From contig JASBSO010000208.1 in the NCBI GenBank assembly GCA_030148905.1, forward strand, positions 1 to 58,665: a stretch of DNA of 58,665 bases. Direction: 5' to 3'. Numbering within the stretch: the stretch's first letter is position 1; every line of letters starts with the position of its first letter. The position numbers were made by a program, and so were the translations under genes. This DNA comes from Kordiimonadaceae bacterium (GTDB lineage Bacteria; Pseudomonadota; Alphaproteobacteria; Sphingomonadales; Kordiimonadaceae). Under the pieces are notes generated by a model. It was not told the origin of the DNA, made no database searches, and saw nothing but the letters and a program-made list of their open reading frames with translations. This document shows positions 54,828-58,665 of the stretch, piece by piece.

Positions 54828-55355
54828 ATGGCTGACGACACATCGCGCGTTGACGGCGCGGATATTTGGTCTTCTGATCGCCCACACACCGATAAGCGTA
54901 TTGCCCGGTTTCTGGCCGCACTTGACGAAGGCCTGTCGGTTGCCAGTGCGGCCAAGACTGCAGGTATCAACCGGTCTTGGCTGTATCGGTTGCGTGCCCG
55001 CGACGCGACGTTTGATGCGGCCTGGCATGATGCGTGCGAGGCTGGAACCGACCGGCTGGAAGACGAAGCCCGCCGCCGCGCGGTTGAGGGCGTGGAAAAG
55101 CCAGTGTTTCGTGGCGGCGAGATTGTTGGGCATGTGCGCGATTATTCCGACGCCATGCTGATCTTTTTGCTCAAGGCCCGCCGCCCGGAAATCTTTGCTC
55201 CAGCCGCAAAGCAGAGCGCGACCACCGCACAAAGTGACGACGGTGCCAACACCACAAACGCCACAAACGCACAGGAAACCCTTTACCGTAAATTTGCTCA
55301 GATCCTTACCGAAGCGTCTGATCCGGAAGTTTCTGGGGACACTGAACAAGGCTGA
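54828..55355 (+). CDS. phage terminase small subunit (HTH type)
   Basis: Start at MADDTS (ATG at 54828, preceded by GGGAGA). HTH LSVASAAKTAGINRSWLYRLR and the conserved SDAMLIFLLKARRPE tail. Positioned before terL. Confidence 0.7.
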   Translation: MADDTSRVDGADIWSSDRPHTDKRIARFLAALDEGLSVASAAKTAGINRSWLYRLRARDATFDAAWHDACEAGTDRLEDEARRRAVEGVEKPVFRGGEIVGHVRDYSDAMLIFLLKARRPEIFAPAAKQSATTAQSDDGANTTNATNAQETLYRKFAQILTEASDPEVSGDTEQG

Positions 55356-56568
55356 GTCCGAAGCCCTTCTTTATGATTGGGCGTTCTGGGCACGGCCCAC
55401 ACAGCATCCGCCGCCCGGCAATTGGACGCACTGGCTTATTTTGGCCGGGCGCGGCTTTGGTAAAACCCGCACCGGTGCAGAGTGGGTCCGGGCGCGGGTA
55501 GAGGCAGGCCAAGCCCGGCACATCGCCCTGATCGCCCCCACACTCGGTGATGCGCGCGCGGTGATGGTGGAAGGTGAATCGGGCCTGCTGGCCGTGTGCC
55601 CGCCCGACCGCCGTCCTAAATTTGAGCCGTCCAAACATCTTCTGACCTGGCCGTGCGGCGCCAAAGCGCGACTGTTCAGCGCCGATCAACCGGAGCGTCT
55701 GCGTGGCCCACAGCACGACACCGCCTGGGCTGATGAACTGTGCGCCTGGCGGTTGCCCGATGCCGGATGGGATATGTTGATGTTTGGTCTCCGGCTTGGC
55801 GGCAAGCCGCAATGCTGCATCACCACGACGCCCAAGCCAATTGCGCTCTTGAAACGGCTGGTGATCGACCCCGCGGTCGCGGTGACCACGGGCAGCACCT
55901 ATGAAAATATTGAAAATCTTGCCCCCAGCTTTGCGCGCGATGTCATCGCGAAATACGAAAATACCCGGCTTGGCCGACAAGAGCTTGCGGCCGAATTGCT
56001 GTGGGATGTGCCGGGCGCCTTGTGGTCGCGCGACCAGATCGACGGCCTCTATGCCCCGCCGACGGCCAGGCTGGAGCGGATCGTTGTGGCGATTGACCCA
56101 CCAGCAACGGCGGGCTCGAACGCTGATGCCTGCGGTATCATTGTTGCCGCGCGTTCAGGCCGTATGGCCTATGTGCTGGCCGACCGGTCCTGCCAGGGGC
56201 TCAGCCCGCTGGGGTGGGCGGCCCGCGCGGTTGAGGCCTATCACGATTTTCAGGCAGACCGCATCATCGCCGAGGGCAACCAGGGCGGCGATATGGTGCT
56301 CGCGCTTTTGCACCAGATCGACCCAAATGTCGCCGTGCGCCGGGTCCATGCACGGCGGGGCAAAGTCACACGGGCTGAACCGGTGGCTGCGCTTTATGAA
56401 CAGGGCCGCGTGTTTCACGCCGCACCGATGCCGGCGCTTGAAGACCAAATGGTCACCTTTACCGGTGCACCCAGCGCCGACAGTCCAGACCGGCTGGATG
56501 CGCTCGTATGGGCGCTGGCGGACCTGATGCTGACCCCCAAAGGGCAACCCCGACTGAGGAGCTTATAA
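55195..56568 (+). CDS. phage/GTA-type terminase large subunit
   Basis: LLYDWAFWARP...WLILAGRGFGKTRTGAEWV (Walker A-like) resembles RcGTA g2-type TerL, as recalled. The true start may be the in-frame TTG at 55294, because the ATG at 55195 overlaps terS by 161 nt. Confidence 0.85.
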   Translation: MLQPQSRARPPHKVTTVPTPQTPQTHRKPFTVNLLRSLPKRLIRKFLGTLNKAESEALLYDWAFWARPTQHPPPGNWTHWLILAGRGFGKTRTGAEWVRARVEAGQARHIALIAPTLGDARAVMVEGESGLLAVCPPDRRPKFEPSKHLLTWPCGAKARLFSADQPERLRGPQHDTAWADELCAWRLPDAGWDMLMFGLRLGGKPQCCITTTPKPIALLKRLVIDPAVAVTTGSTYENIENLAPSFARDVIAKYENTRLGRQELAAELLWDVPGALWSRDQIDGLYAPPTARLERIVVAIDPPATAGSNADACGIIVAARSGRMAYVLADRSCQGLSPLGWAARAVEAYHDFQADRIIAEGNQGGDMVLALLHQIDPNVAVRRVHARRGKVTRAEPVAALYEQGRVFHAAPMPALEDQMVTFTGAPSADSPDRLDALVWALADLMLTPKGQPRLRSL

Positions 56569-57761
56569 TGGGATTTTGGACACGCCTTTGGGGCGGCACT
56601 GTGCACCACGGCAACAGTTATAAATCGGCAGCAAAGCCCAGTGGAGGTGCGCCGCTTTTCCGGGCGGTGACGCCCGGGTCTGCGGCCAGTACACCGCACC
56701 GCTTTGCCGCGCTCGCCGACGAGGGCTATGCGCGCAATATCATTGTTTTCCGTTCAGTAAACCTGGTGGCACGGGCGCTCTCCTCCCTTCCGCTGTGCCT
56801 CCGGTCAGGCGAGCAGGTTCTGGAGACGCACCCTGCGCTCGACCTGCTCGCCGCACCCAATCCACGCACCGATGGCAGCCATCTCATGTCTGAACTGGTC
56901 GGTGCCTATATGCTGGCAGGCAACGCCTTTCTGTTGAAAGTGGGGCCCGAAGACGGACCGCCAAAAGAGTTGTGGTCGCTCCGGCCCGATACGGTGTCGG
57001 TGCTGCCAGGCGTTGACGGTCTGGTGGCTGGATACGAGCAGCGCGTCGGCGGGCAAACGCGGCGCTTTGCCCCCGAGCGTATTCTGCACTGGAAAACCTA
57101 CAACCCGCTGTCGGAATGGGTGGGCCTGGCCCCGCTGGCGGCGGCGGCGACGGCGGTGGACGCGCACAATGCCGGGTCGCGCTGGAATTTGGCGCTGATA
57201 CAGAATGGCGGTGCGCCGTCGGGGGTGCTGTATCAGGAAGACGGCGATACGCCTCTGTCGCCCGAACAATTTGCCGACCTGAAGGCACAGGTGGATGCGG
57301 GGCACACCGGGCCCAATCACGCGGGGCGGCCGCTGCTGTTAGAAGGTGGGCTGAAATGGCAGTCCATGGGCTTGTCGCCCAAGGATATGGACTGGATCCA
57401 GGCGCAGCATATGACCGCCCGCGAAATTGCACTGGCCTTTGGTGTGCCGCCACAAATGCTTGGTATTCCCGACAGCCAGACCTATTCCAATTATGCCGAA
57501 GCGCGGCTGAGCTTGTGGGAAGACACAGTGCTGCCGTTGGTGCGTGATCTGGTCTCGGCGCTGAACAGTTGGCTGATGCCGCATTATGGGCCGCGCCTGA
57601 AACTTGATGTGCAGCTTGATGATATTCCCGCGCTTGAGCCCAAGCGCCAGCGCCGGTTCGAGCGCATAAGCTCTGCCGCTTTCCTAAGCGACGCTGAAAA
57701 GCGACAGCATCTGGGTTTGCAGGCCCGCCCCCAGCACAAGGACGCACCAACCCATGACTGA
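56568..57761 (+). CDS. HK97 family phage portal protein
   Basis: Start at MGFWTRLWG (the ATG shares one base with the terL TAA; SD GAGGAG upstream). 397 aa. Positioned between terL and the protease. Confidence 0.85.
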   Translation: MGFWTRLWGGTVHHGNSYKSAAKPSGGAPLFRAVTPGSAASTPHRFAALADEGYARNIIVFRSVNLVARALSSLPLCLRSGEQVLETHPALDLLAAPNPRTDGSHLMSELVGAYMLAGNAFLLKVGPEDGPPKELWSLRPDTVSVLPGVDGLVAGYEQRVGGQTRRFAPERILHWKTYNPLSEWVGLAPLAAAATAVDAHNAGSRWNLALIQNGGAPSGVLYQEDGDTPLSPEQFADLKAQVDAGHTGPNHAGRPLLLEGGLKWQSMGLSPKDMDWIQAQHMTAREIALAFGVPPQMLGIPDSQTYSNYAEARLSLWEDTVLPLVRDLVSALNSWLMPHYGPRLKLDVQLDDIPALEPKRQRRFERISSAAFLSDAEKRQHLGLQARPQHKDAPTHD

Positions 57762-58665
57762 AACCGCTCAACTTCCCACCATTTTGGACCTTCCGCTTGA
57801 TGTGAAGGCCGATGCCGACGGTCGCTTTGAGGGTTATGCCAGCATCTTCGACGTGGTCGACCGCGACGGCGACCGGGTGACCCGCGGGGCCTTTGCCGAC
57901 AGCCTTCAGGCGCGCATGCCTGCCCTGTTGTGGCAGCACAGCCCCAAAGACCCGATTGGGCGGCTCGATATTGTGCGCGAGGACCAGAAGGGGCTCTATG
58001 TCAAAGGCCGCCTGGCGATGGAAGGGCGCGGTGCTGAGGCCTATGCCCTTCTGAAAATGGGGGCGCTTGACGGTCTGTCGATCGGCTTTGTCACCAAGGA
58101 AGCCAGGCGCGACCCGGCCTCGGGTGTGCGCACGATTATGAAGGCAGACCTCGCCGAAATTTCGCTGGTCACCTTTCCGGCCAACACGCTTGCCCGGATT
58201 GAAGCGGTGAAGGCCGAGACGGTGACTGCGCCCAAATCTCCACCAGGTGATGTGCGGTCGTTCGAGCGCTTTTTGCGCGATGCGGGCGGCTTCTCGCGCG
58301 GCCAGGCCAAGGCGATTGTCGCCAAAGGCTGGAGCATGGGGCAGGTTGATGTGGCTGATATTGTCGCCCGCCTGCATGCGGGCCAACAGCGCTTTTTAGA
58401 AAGGAAGCAAGAGTCATTTAAAGACGGGCCAAAACAGATGAGCCCCGGCGATGTCAAAACCTTTCACTTTAAGGCAAAATTCGGCCGAAAATATAAAGTG
58501 ATCGTTTCCGGGCCGCCCCGCTATCGGCGACCGAATGTGAGGATCAGAGCAAAATTTTACCACCCAACATCAAATATGCTGCTGCGAAGCTATACGCCGC
58601 TTCTCAACGAAGAGAATTTTAAACTTGCTCCCCTGCGCAAAGAGGATAAGCGCAGGCTTTATGCG
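57754..58665 (+). CDS. HK97 family prohead protease, open to the right window edge with an unusual low-GC C-terminal extension
   Basis: Manual translation: MTETAQLPTILDLPLDVKADADGRFEGYASIFDVVDRDGDRVTRGAF...ISLVTFPAN...FERFLRDAGGFSRGQAKAIV. No stop in 304 codons up to the end of the window. Confidence 0.8.
   Translation, partial: MTETAQLPTILDLPLDVKADADGRFEGYASIFDVVDRDGDRVTRGAFADSLQARMPALLWQHSPKDPIGRLDIVREDQKGLYVKGRLAMEGRGAEAYALLKMGALDGLSIGFVTKEARRDPASGVRTIMKADLAEISLVTFPANTLARIEAVKAETVTAPKSPPGDVRSFERFLRDAGGFSRGQAKAIVAKGWSMGQVDVADIVARLHAGQQRFLERKQESFKDGPKQMSPGDVKTFHFKAKFGRKYKVIVSGPPRYRRPNVRIRAKFYHPTSNMLLRSYTPLLNEENFKLAPLRKEDKRRLYA

Noticed and set aside
1-58665. Search for CRISPR arrays, IS elements or transposases, integrases, reverse transcriptases, rRNA genes and toxin-antitoxin pairs.
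   Set aside because: There are no regularly spaced repeat arrays. No ORF has DDE, tyrosine- or serine-recombinase or RT motifs. Only one tRNA was found. The only repeats seen are those listed as features.

Overview
High-GC (about 60% by eye) chromosomal segment that looks alphaproteobacterial. The taxon guess rests on three things: a cysG-DUF2849-cysI-DUF934-cysH operon, a Caulobacter-style cpaA-F/tadBC Flp-pilus locus, and a TTGCGC...GCTAAAAC promoter upstream of a tRNA. All product calls come from motif recognition in the supplied translations; no homology search was possible.

Most of the window is ordinary housekeeping DNA:
- threonine-synthase-like PLP enzyme and an M14 peptidase
- sulfate-assimilation operon
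- prolyl oligopeptidase, gloB, hisI, folE, selO
- PQQ-dehydrogenase / cytochrome c / TonB receptor cluster
- POT transporter, two amidohydrolases, tag, oxyR
- a complete 12-gene Tad/Flp pilus locus at 32.4-43.9 kb
- MFS transporter, GT4 + LpxH-like pair, tRNA-Val(GAC)

Four regions stand out:
1. A 1.4-kb AT-rich islet (25385-26767) carries a single Fic gene. It is bounded by 34-bp direct repeats that duplicate the 3' end of the POT gene, and it separates that gene from its original terminator. No integrase is present.
2. A stripped-down HK97/RcGTA-type packaging-head module runs from 53.3 kb to the right edge (terS, terL, portal, protease). It sits directly next to a divergent switch: a CI/LexA-like repressor whose S24 domain has no lysine, and a 187-aa unknown protein. 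A strong intrinsic terminator lies in front of terS. There is no integrase, excisionase or replication gene, which suggests a GTA-like or domesticated element under antitermination control. This is my best candidate for something new. The protease ORF also loses its stop codon and runs in frame into low-GC DNA at the window edge.
3. An orphan plus-strand terminator with upstream hairpins at about 50.7-50.94 kb is a candidate sRNA.
4. Two smaller oddities: a low-GC orphan gene (5267-5899) and a decayed low-GC stretch (32055-32360).

No CRISPR array, IS element, transposase or rRNA gene was seen.
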